64,000 nucleotides of DNA, from contig CAUYUJ010000214.1 of the NCBI GenBank assembly GCA_963575745.1, forward strand, positions 558,001 to 622,000, in the 5' to 3' direction. Positions within the stretch are counted from its first letter, which is position 1. Every line of letters begins with the position of its first letter. Under the pieces are notes generated by a model. The model made no database searches. It was not told where the DNA came from and saw only the letters and a list, made by a program, of their open reading frames with translations. Source of the DNA: Prorocentrum cordatum. Its lineage: Eukaryota. Positions 1 to 13,548 of this stretch are shown piece by piece. The translations under genes were made by a program, and so were the position numbers.

Positions 1-1003
1 CTGCTGAGGGCAGCTGGGGGTGCCTCTGTGCTGTCTGTTTGCAGCCCTGTACGGGAGTGCTAAATTGTGTGCGGTTGCAAGTTTTCGCAGGTGTGTGTTG
101 TCAGAGATGTGACAAGCTAAGGTTGTCCAAGCTTGCCTCATCGGGGTGCGATGCCGACAAATATACGTAAGCCAGAGCAAGATAAGCCAGAGCCCGCTTC
201 TTGGGGTCCACGCTGTCAAACATGTACAACGGCATGCTCACGTTTGTGGGAAGAACCCTCTGCATTGCTAATCGACCGCGCCTCTTGGGCAGACTAGCAT
301 CCGTGCCATCTCTCGTGATTATCCTTCTCCTCCTCCTCCTTCTCTTCCTCCTCCTGCTCCTACTCCTACTCGCAAGGCTCGGCCTCTGGGACATCGTTGT
401 GCATAGCAGGCCGTCTCTTCTTTCGAGGGTGTGCGAGGAGTGCAGAAAGCGCGGGGGCCCGAACATGTGGATCTGTTGGTGGGACAGGCGGGAGCGAGCG
501 AGAGGCAGGCGGCGAGGTGAGCAGCCGGGGGGGGGGGGGGGCAGGCGACGGGCGGGAAGACGGCAAGGCGGACCTGCAGGGAGGCAGGTGGGAAGAGGAA
601 AGGGGGTGAGCAGGCAGGAAGGGAATGGTCGAATGCAATGAGGGGCTTGAGCAAGGCGCACTTACACGTTGTTCATTTCTAAGTATTCGAAATTTCTTTG
701 ATTGTTTGGGGGGGCATGATCCTTTCATTTCTAATTGTTCTATCCTGGGCCTCTTCTTGGCCATTGGGGGTTCCAGGAACAAGTGCAAACGAGCACAATT
801 AAACAATTAGCACAATTAGAAATGAACGACGTGTGCTATTCAAAAGGGGTTCGGTCGTTCTTGAGGCTTGCATGCGCCATAAACCCTTCCTCTTGCGGTA
901 TCTATAATTTCTCGTTCCGTATGCGTTATTCCCTGGAAGAAAGGGGCTTTGTTTCTTATTTATCGTTCCGTAGGTCAGGCTGATGCTTGAAATCAAGAAA
1001 ATT

Positions 1004-1173
1004 GCCGTACACATAAACTTTTAGCGTTCCGCGCGGAGTTCTTGGATCCGCGCTGGGCCTCTCCCCCGGCGGCGCCTCCGGCGTCGCCCCTGGCGCGCTC
1101 CGCGCGCCAGGGTGGGGGGTCCAGCGCAGATCCAAGAAATCCGCGCGGAGCACCATAAGTTTATGCTTATGGC
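1004..1173. mobile_element. Palindromic MITE-like family A (also 9422-9590, 9710-9772, 13050-13160, 44751-45224 split, 57870-57930)
   Basis: Long inverted arms ccgcgcggagttcttggatccgcgctgg / ccagcgcagatccaagaaatccgcgcgg recurring at the listed loci. Confidence 0.75.
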
Positions 1174-2234
1174 GTTTCCTTTTCTCCTTCGGGAGCAGGC
1201 GGCAGGAATGCCAGGAAGGATGTGGGATGTGGGAGGGAGGGGAGGCCCTGAGGGGGGGAGCCAGGAGGAGGAGGAGGAGGAGGAGGAGGAGGAGGAGGAG
1301 GAGGAGGAGGAGGAGATTGAGGATGAGAGTGGCAGAAGCAAGGGGGAGGAGGGGGGAGTTGGGATGGTAGAGCACAGCCAGGTGGGAATGCGAAGGATGG
1401 GGATGACGGCGCGTCGGAGAGCAGTTGACGACAGGGCGGGAAGCGTCGTTTCCTCGACCTCTCCCCTCCTCCCTCGTTGTGTCCTCGACCTCCCTTTCCC
1501 TCTCCCTCCCCCGCTCCCCTTCAGTCTCCCCCTGCTCTGTCCCGTTGCTCCTTCCCTCCTCCTTCTCTCCCACTCCTCTCTCCACTTCCACCTCCTCCTC
1601 CTCCTCCTTCTCCTCCTCCGCTTACCCCTCGCTTGGTCCTCGCCTCCCTCTCCCTCGCTCCCCCTTCCACCTCCCCAGGGCGGGCGGGGGTCGGGGGGAG
1701 GAGCACCACTCCGGCACGCGCGGGGGCGGGCACGCGCGGCGAGGGAGGACGCGGGGGGCGCAGGCGAGTCGATCGGCGGGAGCTGGAGTCAGAGGAGGAA
1801 AAGGCACCCATTCCGCTACCTTGCGCCCGTTTGCCCCTTCTTCGGGCCTCCTGGGAGGAGGCCCTCGTCGCCACCGTTGGGTTCGCTCGACATCCTGGCC
1901 CGAACGCACCCCGCGAGAGCTCCGGGGAGCAGCGGCATCGGTACCTCGTGGCATAACAACTCGGAGATCCGCGCGGATTTCTCGGATCGACGCTGGGCAT
2001 GTTTCGTCCCCCTATTTCAGGCCGGTGCCTAGATACTTTATGGTCCTGCCTACTTTAGCCTAGCTCACCAGCAACAATTTCGAGCACCAATACAGTAACG
2101 AACCTGAAGGGATTTCACGTGTCGGGCCCTGGAAGGCAATACTCGCTCGACGCTGCTTAGATACTCCCCTGGGTGGTCGAGATCATTTTTGGGATGTGGT
2201 CCATAAGTACGATGGGAGAAACCTACGCCCAGAT

Positions 2235-2392
2235 TTAATTCGGGCCTGTCCCTCTACGAAAGGGATATTCGAAAATAGTCCCAAAATAGTCTGGGGACGA
2301 TGTTTGATTTTCTTCTAGCATTTTGGAGTCAGTTGTGAGGGCTTCTGATTTTTCGCCCGCCATCCCCCTGTAGGGGGAAATGACCGACCTAA
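2235..2392 (+). mobile_element. MITE family M1 (hAT-like, 8-bp TSD), copy 1
   Basis: TIR ttaattcgggcctgtccctctac / gtagggggaaatgaccgacctaa; TSD gcccagat/gcctagat; internal gtctggggacgat. Confidence 0.8.
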
Positions 2393-2404
2393 GCCTAGAT
2401 CCAG

Positions 2405-2501
2405 GCCGGGAGCAGGTTCGCAGCTGAGGCTCGCCGTCGCCAGGGAAGCCTTCGGGAGCCGGGCGGCAGAGCGGGCCTGGCGGCGCCAGCCGACGCGCGA
2501 C
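2405..2501 (+). CDS. Candidate internal exon (PGAGSQLRLAVAREAFGSRAAERAWRRQPTRD)
   Basis: CCAG|G acceptor, GAC|GTGAG donor, stop-free unique sequence between repeats; no homology recognised. Confidence 0.3.
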
Positions 2502-3321
2502 GTGAGCCCCCCCGGACGTGGTCGCAGCGGCCCTCGTCACCCGCAGGCCCCTTCGACACTGGAAGTGAAGAGAAGGGTGAGCCCTGCCTGCTTCCTCGCC
2601 TTCCTCGCCTTCCTTTCCGCGCTCTGGCTGCTGCTCCTCGTCCTTATTCCCGTCCTCCCCCCCTTCCTCGTTCTCCGCGCTCTGCTCCTCCTCCTCCTCC
2701 TCCTCCTCCTACTCCTCCTCCAACTCCTCCTCCTCCTCCTCCTCCTCCTCCTCCTCCTCCTCCTCCTCCTCCTCCTCCTCCTCCTCCTCCTCCTCCTCCT
2801 CCTCCTCCTCCTATGTCCTTCCTCCCTCTCCTCCTCCCTCTCCTCTTCCCTCTCCTACCCCGCCCTCGTTCCCCTCCTCCTGCCCCTTCCACCTCCACCT
2901 CCTCCACCTCCGCCTCGACGGCGACTGGCAACGACGACCACGACGACGGGGGCCGGACACGACGTCGCCGGCCTCGACCACGGCGACGGCGCCGGCGGCA
3001 GCGACCAGGACGATGGCGGCGGCGACGACGACGACGACCACGACGGCAGCGACGGCGACTGCGGCGCCGCCGACGACGACCTGCGGCGCCCACGACGTCG
3101 GCCCGCGGCGGCGGCGGCGGCGCCCTCGCCGCGGCGGCGGCGAGCGCCTCCGCCGAGGCCTCGGCGGCTGCGCGGCGCTCGCCGGCGAGCGCGCGCCCCG
3201 CGCCGCGCGGCGCCGGGGCCGCCGCGCCCGGCAGGCGGGCCCCGGCCGCACCCCGCGGCGCTCCTGCGCTGCGCCGTGGGCGCGCCGCCCGACGGCGGCT
3301 GCGGAGACGACAACGACGATC

Positions 3322-3364
<43 letters not shown>

Positions 3365-4369
3365 CGGCGACGACGACGACGACGACGATTGCGGCGACGA
3401 CGACGGCGGCGGCGGCGACGACGGCGGTTGCGGCGGCGACGACGACGGCGGCGGAAGGCGGCCGCGGCCGAGGCGGCCGTGGCGTCGGCGCAGGCCGCGG
3501 CGGCGGCGGCGGCCACGGCGGCGGCAGCGGCGGTGGCGGCGAGAGGTGGCGGCGGGCGTTGGGGAAACGCGGGGGGGGGGGGATGTGGGGGGAGCGGGAG
3601 GGGATGGTGAGGCGGATGATGAGGGGTGGCGTGGGCGGAATGGTGAGTGGTGTTGGAGGAGAAGGAAAGAGGAGGAGGAGGAGGAGGAGGAGGAGGAGAG
3701 GAGGAGGAGAGGAGGAGGAGGAGGAGGAGGAGGAGGAGGAGGAGGAGGAGGAGGAGGAGGAGGCAGCAGATCAGGAGGAGGAAGAGGAGGAGCAGGAGGA
3801 GGAGAAGGAGGAGGAGGAGGAGGAGGAAAGGGGTGGAGAATGTGGAGGACTACGAGGATGGAGTCTTCGTCTCCTGCTGCTGCTGCTCCTCCTGCTCCTT
3901 TGAGGGGGGGAAGTCGAGTGAGGGGAAACGGAGTGACAGGGCGGATGGGAGGGGAAGAGCCGGCAGCGGGAGGGCGGCGGCAGAGGGGGAGTGAGGCGTC
4001 ACAGGAGGAAAAGGATGTGATGGTGGGGTAAGTGAGAAGAATGGGTGAGGAGCTGGAGTGAAAGGATGGGCTGTCCTCCGCGCGCTCCTGCTCGCGGTGT
4101 GTGTCTGTTCAGTGCAGCCGCCCTTGCCGGGCTCGGTCTCAGCCTTCGTCGTTCTTGCAGGAGGAGGAGGAGGAGGACCACTGTAAACCCAAGACTCATC
4201 AACGATATTTCAATCAACCCTTCATCCAAGATCTCTCAGCATAGGCCCCAACAGCATTTATTTCACTGCGGGAAATGCTCCGTTGGCGTGCAACCGTTTG
4301 AAAATCTTGAATTGTGCCAGAAAACACCGTTCCTCTTTCTTCAACGCCGCGGATCACCTTTACTGTTGC

Positions 4370-4795
4370 GTCTTGACGGTCCTGAGTCGTGCCAGAACTC
4401 CGTTCCTGGGACTTCAACTCCGCGACTGACAGCCCGACATCGTGCAAACATGCGATTTCTGGAAAAAGCTGGCACAACCTCAAAACGAATGTGCGCGGCG
4501 CTGAGGCGCGAGCCACTATTCGAAAACGAGGCGCCCTCCATCGGCAACGTTCTTGCAACTGCTGAATGCCAATGTGCTCGGCGCTGAGGCGGAAGCCCAG
4601 TTTTGTATCAACGGCTCGCCATCCATCCGCGAAGGTCTGGCAATGTTTAAGACGAGAGTGTGCGGCGCTCAAGCGAGAGCCAACTTTTGAAAACGATCCG
4701 CCCTCCATCCGTGAAGCTCATTCGACTTTTCAGCTGACGGATCCTAAATGGTGAGGAAGTCTGAGGCGAAACGTCCGGCCCGCCCTACGGACACG
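4370..4795 (+). repeat. Dispersed family with internal ~80-bp subrepeats (second copy 62350-62805)
   Basis: Shared tcgtgccag..ttcctgggacttcaac, atccgtgaagctc and terminal gcgaaacg.cc.gcccgccc. Confidence 0.7.
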
Positions 4796-4819
4796 CCTCG
4801 GGTTGCGACAGGGAAGAAT

Positions 4820-5630
4820 TATTCATCGGTAAAAGGATCGAGAAGGATGAGGGGGACGAGGTGGGTGGGACTCCTTGCGTTCTTAGCTGACTCCCGGATG
4901 GTTGGCTGTCTCCCAGAGGTTGAAGGGGAAAATACTGCATGTGTTGGCTGGGATCCTGGAGTTTTGGGTTGGGGCGCCCAGAGCTCAGTATTGGGGAATC
5001 GAGCGAGAAGGTGCATGGCGTTGTTGGCAAGCTCGTCGGCGAGTCGGTTGAAGCACTCAGCTGCGACGAGATGTAGCCATTCTTGATATGTTCATCCCCG
5101 AGGGGGTATTCCACCTCCTCCACGCGGGAAAGGTCCGGCTTTACTTCAAGTCGCTCGGTGGACACGAGCCCAGACGTTAGCTTGCCCACGACTTGGTTGT
5201 TGTCAGCGAAAGCGTGGACAGAGCGCCCGGCCGTGGTCACGAGGTGGAGCAGCGCCAGCGTCTCAGCGCGACGGGCGGATTGGGCCAACCTGAGTCGTTG
5301 AGCCTTTGTCCAGGGCGGCAGATCATCCCATACGCATCATGGGCTAGGAAGGTGTGCGCTTGATGGCTGCACGCCCCGTCCGTAGCTGCGTCCACCGAGC
5401 GTCACCCTGTGGCTGTTTCGAGGAGGGTCTTGGTAGACGTCCCCGTCCCCAGTCTCTGGCGAGGGTCGCGTCGGCCGCGTGACCGCGCACGCTGACGGTC
5501 GAGCAGCCGCGGGTCGGGTCCTCCAGAAGGCCGCCTCGGCGGGTGTGCTGCGGGAGGCATGTGGGTGAGAGCACCAGTTGGCATCCACAGCCAGCTCGAT
5601 ATCGTACCACGGTCGTCCACGAACAGGCCG
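4820..5630 (-). mobile_element. Decayed retroelement RNase H fragment (probably non-LTR)
   Basis: QSARRAETLALL..VHAFADN resembles the RNase H Q-x-x-x-RAE-x-x-A and x-x-D motifs. After a frameshift, ECFNRLADELANNA (~5015-5060) matches the N-x-x-AD-x-LA motif. Frameshifts and stops present. Confidence 0.6.
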
Positions 5631-5631
5631 C

Positions 5632-5674
5632 AGAGACACAGAGAGAGAGAGAGACAGAGAGGGCCAGGCGACAT

Positions 5675-5720
<46 letters not shown>

Positions 5721-5935
5721 GGACAGGCCGCGAGGGCCAAGGCGACAGAGAGAGAGAGAGAGAGAGCGAGTCAGACAGAGAGAGAGAGAGAGCAAGACAA
5801 AGAGAGAGAGAGAGAGAGGGTGTGAGAGAGAGATGCAGAGGGAAAGGGAGACAGAGAGACCAAGGTATAGAGCGAGAGAGAGAGAGAGAGAGATTGAGAG
5901 CGAGAGAGAGAGAGAGAGAGAGTCAGAGAGAGACG
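5632..5935 (+). repeat. (GA)n dinucleotide tract
   Basis: Directly visible. Confidence 0.95.
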
Positions 5936-6331
5936 GGGTGGGGAGGAACAGCGAGGGAAGGGGACGAAGGAGGGGTATGAGGAGGAAGAGGATCTGCAGG
6001 GAGTCTAGACGTGAGCCTGAGGTGAGAGGGGGGCGACAACCAGGATGACGGGATGAGGAGTGCGAGGAGGAGCATGAGTAAGTGAAGAGGGAGGAGGAGC
6101 AGGAGGGGGGTGTGAGGAGAAGGATGAGAAGAAGAACAGATGGAGGAGCGAGAGAGGGAAGAGGATGATGAGGAGGGGAGGGATGCTGCTGATGATGATG
6201 ATGATGCTGCTAATGATGGTACTATGGATGGTGATGGTAATGATGATGACGATGATGATGATGATGATGATGCTGACTATGATGATGGTAATAATAATGA
6301 TAATGATGATGATGATGATGATGATGATGAC

Positions 6332-6362
<31 letters not shown>

Positions 6363-6510
6363 ATGGTGATGCTGGTGACGATCACGATGACGATGATAAT
6401 GATGATGATGCTGATGAAGATGATGCTGCTGATGATGATTGTGATGCTTATGATGCTGATGAAGCTGATGCTGATGACGATGATGCTAATGGTGAGATTG
6501 ATGATGCTGT

Positions 6511-6569
<59 letters not shown>

Positions 6570-6651
6570 GTAATGATGCTGATGGTGTTGCTGCTGTTGA
6601 TGACGATAATGATGATGATGCTGATGCTGATGCTGATGATGATGCTGATGA

Positions 6652-6682
<31 letters not shown>

Positions 6683-6697
6683 GATGATGATGATGAT

Positions 6698-6749
<52 letters not shown>

Positions 6750-9300
6750 GTGGAAATGACTCCTCGTCCTCCTCATCCTCCTCCTTCCTTTCCTCCTCCT
6801 CCTCTCCTTCTCCTCATCCTCCTCCTTCTCCTCCGCTTTCCCCTCCACCTCCTCCTCCAGCCCCCGCCTCCTCCAGCCTCCTCCTCCTCCTCCTTTTCCC
6901 TCTCTTCGCCCTCCTGCTCCCAGCCGGAGGCGGTCTCAGCCGCCGGCGCGTCCGCGGACGCTGCGACGGACGGCGCGCCGCTCGCTTTAATATCTGCTTT
7001 CTCGTCCGCCGCCGGGCCAGCCTGCCCCCCCTGCGATGTCGGGGGGGCAGGTGGGGCAAGATGCGGGACAGGATCCAGGGGTGGAGGATGAGGGGGATGA
7101 AGGGAGGTCGGGGAGGATAATGATGGCAAGGGGGATGAGGGGGGAGGCGATGGGGCGGAGGACGGAGAGGGGGGGAAGGCGGGGAGAGGAAGGGATCACA
7201 GGGGGAGGGAGGCGGGAGGGGAGGAGGAGTGGGGGGAGCTGGAGGGGAGAGGAAGGGATAACAGGGGGAAGGAGGTGGGAGGGGAGGAGGAGCGAGGGGA
7301 GGCGGAAGTGGAGGCGGAAGGAAGGATGAGGAGAGGGGCGTGGCGGAGGCTGATATTCTGGCGTGAGAGAAGGGGGGAGGAGGAGGCGGATGATGAGGAG
7401 GAGTAGTGGAATGATGACGCGCTTCCACGGCTTCCTTCTCGAGCCTCGTCCTCTCTGGAGTTCGCCTTCGGGCTGGCCGTGAGGGGCAGCGGGGGACAGG
7501 TTTAACCATGTTGTGGTGAGGGGAGAGGTCGGCAACGGGGGGAAGGGGTTGAGGTGTGGAGGAGGTGGGGGGATCTGGAGGGTGGAGCTGGGCGTAGACA
7601 TACCAGCGGAATTGGACGTGAACGCTGCGAGAGGACGGACCAAGGGATGTGGACATGGGCAGGTGGGGCAAGGAGCGAGAGACATGGGAGGGCCGCAGGA
7701 GGACTTGCGGGATGGATCCGCAGTGCAATGCGGGGTCGGCAGAGCTGGTGCGCAGAGGGGAGGGAGGAAGGCTGCAGGACTGGGTCAGCGGACGGGCGTG
7801 TGGGGATCCAGTGGCGAAGAAGGCACACACACACAGACCCCGGGCTGGCGCCTCCTCACTGAGATAGAGAGCCGCCCACGGTGCAGGTGTCCAGGGGCAC
7901 ACACAGGGCATCCCCGAAAGGTTCCACAGTGCCCTCCGGAGGACCTCAGGTACCCCCTGCGGGGCACGAGCATGCGCCAGCAGCGCCGAAAAATTTGGAT
8001 CCACGATGCCCCCGATCCTCGATCCTCCTGGGTTTTCCTCCAGTCTCGATCCCTCCTCGATCCTTCCTCGATGCCCCCCGATCCCCCTCTATCCCTCTCC
8101 ATTCCACCTCGCTCCCCCTCGATGGCCCCCAAGAACATGTAATTTTTCCTCTTGGTCGCCGAAGGCTGGTGTGCTTACAGGGCCCTACGCGCCGCCACGC
8201 TGGTCCTAGGCAGGCTGTGCTACCCGGCGAAGGGGAGAGAGGAGGGAAGAAGCAGGCAGACAACGACGAACGCGCCGGCGGGAGACCGGGGCCAGCAGGG
8301 CGGGCGGGCAGGCAGAAGGGAGGCTGGGCGGAGGCAGCAGACAGGAAACAAGAGGCAAGGGACGGAGGAGGGGGAGGAGGAGGAGGAGGAGGAGGAGGAG
8401 GAGGAGGAGGAGGAGGATGCAAGGCAGAGTAGGAGAGGGGAAGCAGCCGCAAGCAGACAGACCGGGCCAGGGGCCGGGAGAGACGAGCCGATCGTGAAGA
8501 GGCTACGGACCCCACGGCGGCGACGGCGATTAGGCGGCGCAGGCGTAGCAGTGGAGTGGGCGGTGGGCGTCGGGGGGGGTCGTCGTTTGTGGTAGTCGGG
8601 AAGGGCCGTCGGGGTCGTCAGGGGGGCGGCGTGGGGGGGCCGACTGAGCCCAGCACGCTGCGGCTACGTGAGGGGAGCCCTCTGCGGGATCACCCGCCGC
8701 CCCGACAGGGAAGGGCCGAATGGCATGCGCGGGGTGTGGAGCCGCCAGCACGACGCTGGCGCAAAGGTGTGGGGGGGCGTCAATGCTGCCCAGGACTGCC
8801 GGGAGGGTGCGCGGGGGGCGGCTTGCAGCGCGGGGGGCGCCCCACACGGCGTCCGCCGAGGAAGCGCCCGTTGCCGCGGCCAGGCGGGCCGCTGCCGCCC
8901 CCGCCCGACCCCCTCGCTTTCCCTTCGGCCCCTCGATCCCCCCTCCATCCCCCTCCTCCTCCTCCTCCTTCTCCTCCTCCTCCTCCTCCTCCTACTCCTT
9001 CTCCTCCTCGTCCTCGTCCTAGTCCTCCTCCTCCTCCTCCTCCTCCTCCTCCTCCTCCGCCTCCTCATCGTCCTAGTCCTCCTCCTCCTCCTCCTCCTCC
9101 TCCTCCTCCTCCTCCGCCTCGCTCCTCGACGCGTCGGCGCCCCAGGAGGACGCCTGGGTCGCACCGCAGGCCACCGCCAGGGGCCCTTCGGGCGAGCCGC
9201 GCCGCCGCCCCCTTCCCGGGCCGTGCCCTCCACGACGACGACGGCGTCGGCCGTCGGCGTCGGTGGTCGGCAACGCTGGCGGCGGCGCCCCCACGATGGT

Positions 9301-9353
<53 letters not shown>

Positions 9354-9947
9354 TGTCGGGGGGGAGGGAGGAGAGGAATGCAGGAATGGATGATGTATGG
9401 AGGCGAGTCGAAGAAACAAGTGCCATAAGCATATCCAAACAATAGGCGCTCCGCGTGGATTTCTCGGATCCGCGCTGGGCCCCCGGGCGGCGCCTCCGGC
9501 GCCGCCCGTGGCGCGCTCCGCGCGCCGGGGAGGGGTCTCCAGCGCAGATCCAAGAAATTCGCGCGGCGCGCCAACATGTTATGTTTCTGGCGTATTTTCT
9601 TCATCTTACAATCAAGATGCCGGAGGAGGAGCCACTGGGCTCACGGGCGGCACTGACGCTCCCCCCTGTGGTATCGAAGAAAAGAATAGACTTTAAACAT
9701 AAACTGTTGGCGGGGAGTCCAGCGCAGATGCCAGACATTTGCGCAGAGCGCCGAAAGTTTGTGCTGATGGCGCTTGTTCTTCTTTGAACAGTCAAGATGC
9801 CGGAAGAAGGGCCACTGTGGGCTCACGAGCGGCCCTGCCGTTCTTCTTTGTGTGGCAAGCCAGGGGGCCGCTTCGTGGCCCGGGCGCGACGTAGCCGGGA
9901 GAGCCTCCCTTCGTTCCTGAGTCAGTGCTCCTGATGGTAGAGTGGAG

Positions 9948-10118
9948 GCCCATGCCAAGAAACATCCTGCTTCCCTCCAGGGTGCCCTGGGGTTCTTTGG
10001 TTTCAATGGTTCTGCGATGGAGGGCGTGACGCTCCTACACCAAAAATCCATAGACGTCCTGGGGTCTCAGGGTTGGGTCTCTTGTGGAAGGTTCCCTGTG
10101 GTCGAGCCCCTGCTGTAG
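9948..10118 (+). repeat. Dispersed family E (second copy 15066-15235)
   Basis: cccatgccaagaa..cctccagggtgccctggg..atagacgtcctggggtctcagggttgggt..ctgtag in both copies. Confidence 0.85.
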
Positions 10119-10233
10119 CACAGTGCCGGTAGCACAGCTCCCTCGGCCGTGGCAGGCCAGGCCGGCCGCGATGCCGCGGGCTGGCTGGCTGCGAGGGCGC
10201 TGGCCCCCCCACCCGCGCGCGCGCGCGCTCGAG

Positions 10234-10283
10234 GCGACTTGGCCGTTGCACTGGGGGCCGTCGAGAAGCTGGAGGATGGCAAG
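10234..10283 (+). CDS. Candidate micro-exon (DLAVALGAVEKLEDGK)
   Basis: GAG|G acceptor, AAG|GA donor, GC3-rich codons, protein-like peptide. Confidence 0.35.
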
Positions 10284-12121
10284 GACGCTCCCCCCTCCAT
10301 TCGGGGAGGCACAGCCATGGAGTACAGTCAACCCGCACGGCAAGGATGGGCAACATCTTCCTGAGGGTACCCTTGCATCCTTGCCTCCTCGGTCCAGCCC
10401 TGGCCACTTTCGTTGGCCGCGCCCCGCTCGAAGCGCTTCGAAATGGGCGTCCAAGGCCCCTGCACCCTTGTCGCACATCCTTACTGTAATTACGGGTTGA
10501 CTGTAAGGTTCGTGGACTAGCGAGGGGTCCCGCTTCCGTGCAGGACTGGAGCCCTCCACTGCAGATCAGGTAGCCTGGGCCTCGTGCTTCGAGGCACCCT
10601 CCCCGATCCTGGGGTCCTGCGCAAATTTGCCGCCAGATCCACGGATCCCCAACACACACTGGCGATTGTCCAGTCTTCCTCCAGGGGGACGAGGAGGGAT
10701 AGAGGTGGGGACAGTGTTTTCAGGCGTTTTTGGGCATTGTGTTCTGCCCTCGTGGACCTCCAAAGGCCTCAGCTCCAGAGACCACCAGGAACCCCACGAC
10801 GCCTCGAGGAAAGGGATGAGGAGGGATAGTGCAAGCGGAAGGAGCAAGCGGGGTGAGGAGGAGGAGGAGGAGGAGGAGGAGGAGGAGGAGGAGATATCGG
10901 TATCTGTATCAGTTGAACGATGTGTCCATGACGGTCGGTCAGGAGGAAGGGAGGAGAAGGAGGAGGAGGAGGAGGAGGAGGAGGAGGAGGATGAGAGGAG
11001 GAGGAGGAGGAGGAGGAGGAGGAAGGGACGAGGAGGAGGAGGAGGAGGAGGAGGAGGAAAAGGAGGAGGAGGAGGAAGTCGAGGAAGTCGAGGAAGTCGA
11101 GGGAGAGAGGAGGATGACGATTTATTTTCCAGGTATTCGCCTTTTCAGGCATCCAGTGCCATCGGGAACCTCGGGGATGGCAAGGATGACTTCCCCCTTC
11201 CTTCAGTAGGAGGGCCCTGACCTGCCGCGCCGTGCGCATGCCACGGATCACGTCTCTTTACGGTGTGGATGCCAAGGGGCGACTCCCAGAACCATCCGAA
11301 AACCACCCGCCTCGAAGAGGAACTTCTCATCGGGTGATCCGAAGAACGACGTGGGCGGCTTTGGGAAGTTGGAACGGATTGTCCTCTTTTGGCGACCTCT
11401 GGGAACAGCCGTCAGCGGCACGGTCGCATCCGCCTCGTGGTCCTGGCCAAAGCGCGCGCAGGAGCGGTCTGGGGCTCGAGAATGGTAACCATGAGCTCGT
11501 CTCTCCCTCATCCTCTCAGCGCCCTTTTAATTTCCGTCATCGCCTCCCTACTTTCTTCGTATTCTCTTCTCCTCCCCCTCCTCGTCTTCTGCTCTAATCT
11601 TCCCCTTCTTCTGCTCCCCCCTTCCAGTCTGTGCTGTCCTCCTCTGGTGCCGTTCTGCTCGAAATGTGCCCAGTGTTGCCGGCTACGCGCCACCCGAACC
11701 ACCTACCGTTGTCATGCTGTCGGCCGTTGGGTGTTGCCGTCGTTTCCACCACGCCGGTGCTCTTCGTTCGTGAGTCGGGAGCCTTGAGAGTGGGGTCAAT
11801 GCAGACGGGGGTCAGCCAGGGCACCGGATCCTGCAGGATCCTGCGAATATTCCCTCTGGCTGACCAGGTTCAGCGAGCCGCTCGTGGCCGCGGGGCGGCC
11901 CACCCCCATTGGCTGACCCTGGTTTGCGAAGACATGCGTTGCAGTTTTTTCTTCTTGCATTGCAGTTTCTGGTTTCCTGCTGACCCGGGTCTGGATGGAC
12001 CCGGGTCAGAAGATACCCGAGTGGGGCACAGCTACAAAGTAGAGTCGTCCGTTTTTTTTTAGAGCTAGAAGAGCTAAAAAAAAAGTAGAGTCGTCCGTTG
12101 TTTCTCATTTTGGGTTCTCAG

Positions 12122-12231
12122 GGGCCCGCTTCGGGCCCCAGGGACATCAAGGAGCGGCCCAGGATGAAGACAGGCAGCAAGGGAGGGAGCGCTACTGGGG
12201 CCTGCTCAACGTAGATAACGTGACGTGGGAT
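12122..12231 (+). CDS. Candidate exon (ARFGPQGHQGAAQDEDRQQGRERYWGLLNVDNVTWD)
   Basis: CTCAG|G acceptor, GAT|GTATG donor, open frame; an alternative acceptor and frame are possible. Confidence 0.3.
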
Positions 12232-12271
12232 GTATGCTTGGCCATCGTTCCTCCCTTCCTTGTTACCGCCC

Positions 12272-12400
12272 GCGACGACAACGACGACGTCGACGGCGAC
12301 GACGACGTCGACCACGACGACGACGGAGACGACGGAGACGACGACGACGACTTCGACGTCGAGGACGAGGAGGAGCAGGAGGAGGACGACGACGACGACC

Positions 12401-12477
<77 letters not shown>

Positions 12478-12772
12478 TACGACAACTAACGACTTTCGAC
12501 GACGACGACGACGACGTTGACGTCGACCACGACGACGGAGACGACGGAGACGACGACCACGACGTCGAGGACGACGACGACGACGACGACAGCGACGACG
12601 TCAACGACGGTGACGACGACGACTACGACAACCAACGACTTTCGACGACGACGACGACCACGACGACGACTACGACAACCAACGACTTTCGATGACGACG
12701 ACGACGACGACCACGACGACGACGACGACGAAGACGACAGAGACGACGGAGATGACGACGAAGACGACGACT
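12272..12772 (+). repeat. (GAC)n tract with higher-order internal duplication (others at 2930-3450, 58730-59010)
   Basis: The block gactacgacaac(t/c)aacgactttcga recurs three times (~12475, 12621, 12668). Confidence 0.9.
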
Positions 12773-13548
12773 CTCGCCGAGCTCCGTGTGCGGAAAGTCA
12801 CCTTATTACATGCTTCTGAAAGGCTGCGTAGACGCGTTGCGCGAACGCAGGCGCCGCGACTAGCAAATGCCTGGCTGGGTTAATATCCAGCTTGCGAAAT
12901 CCGCGTGCGACCTACGAGCCCGCCCCGAGCGCCGTACCTTCAGCTCCAGCTCGAGCCTCTCGAACGGCGAATGTATCCATACCCACGCCTTCGCGGTCTG
13001 GATTCCAGAGGTCGGTACCGCGGATACGCGGTCGGACGGATATTTTCTGGTCGGATTTCTTGGATCCGCGCTGGGCCCCCACCAGCGGCTCCCCTGGCGC
13101 TCTCCGCGCGCCAGGAAGGGGGGTCCAGCGCAGATTCAAGTATCTGCGCGGAGCGCGCCAGGGACGCCGTCTTGAAAAAGTCAGGACGTCGCATGTCTGG
13201 GGATGGTTCGGTAGCAAATTACACCAGAAAAAGACACCCCAATCAGTGGATGAGTGAGATGAGCACAGTGAGATCGAACATGAGATCGATGATGCATCGT
13301 GGGATCGATCGAGACGTCGATAAGGAGATCGACCAGAAACCCAGAAACCCGGGAACCTTGAACCCACTAAAATCGGCCTGGAACCAATAACCAGGAACCC
13401 TGGAACTGGGAAGCCGGGAACCCAGCCGGCTACCAAAATCGGCGGGTTCTTTTTCGCCAAATCTTTCAATATCCGCTAGGACCCCTTCAGTGCAAGCACT
13501 GATTGGGGAATCATGGGGGCCTTGTGTAGCCCCGTAGTATTGTCTTCG

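Noticed and set aside
101..322. Minus-strand peptide ending ..KKRALAYLALAYVYLSASHPDEASLDNLSLSHL*
   Set aside because: No splice site or family recognised, and it abuts a microsatellite at the window edge.
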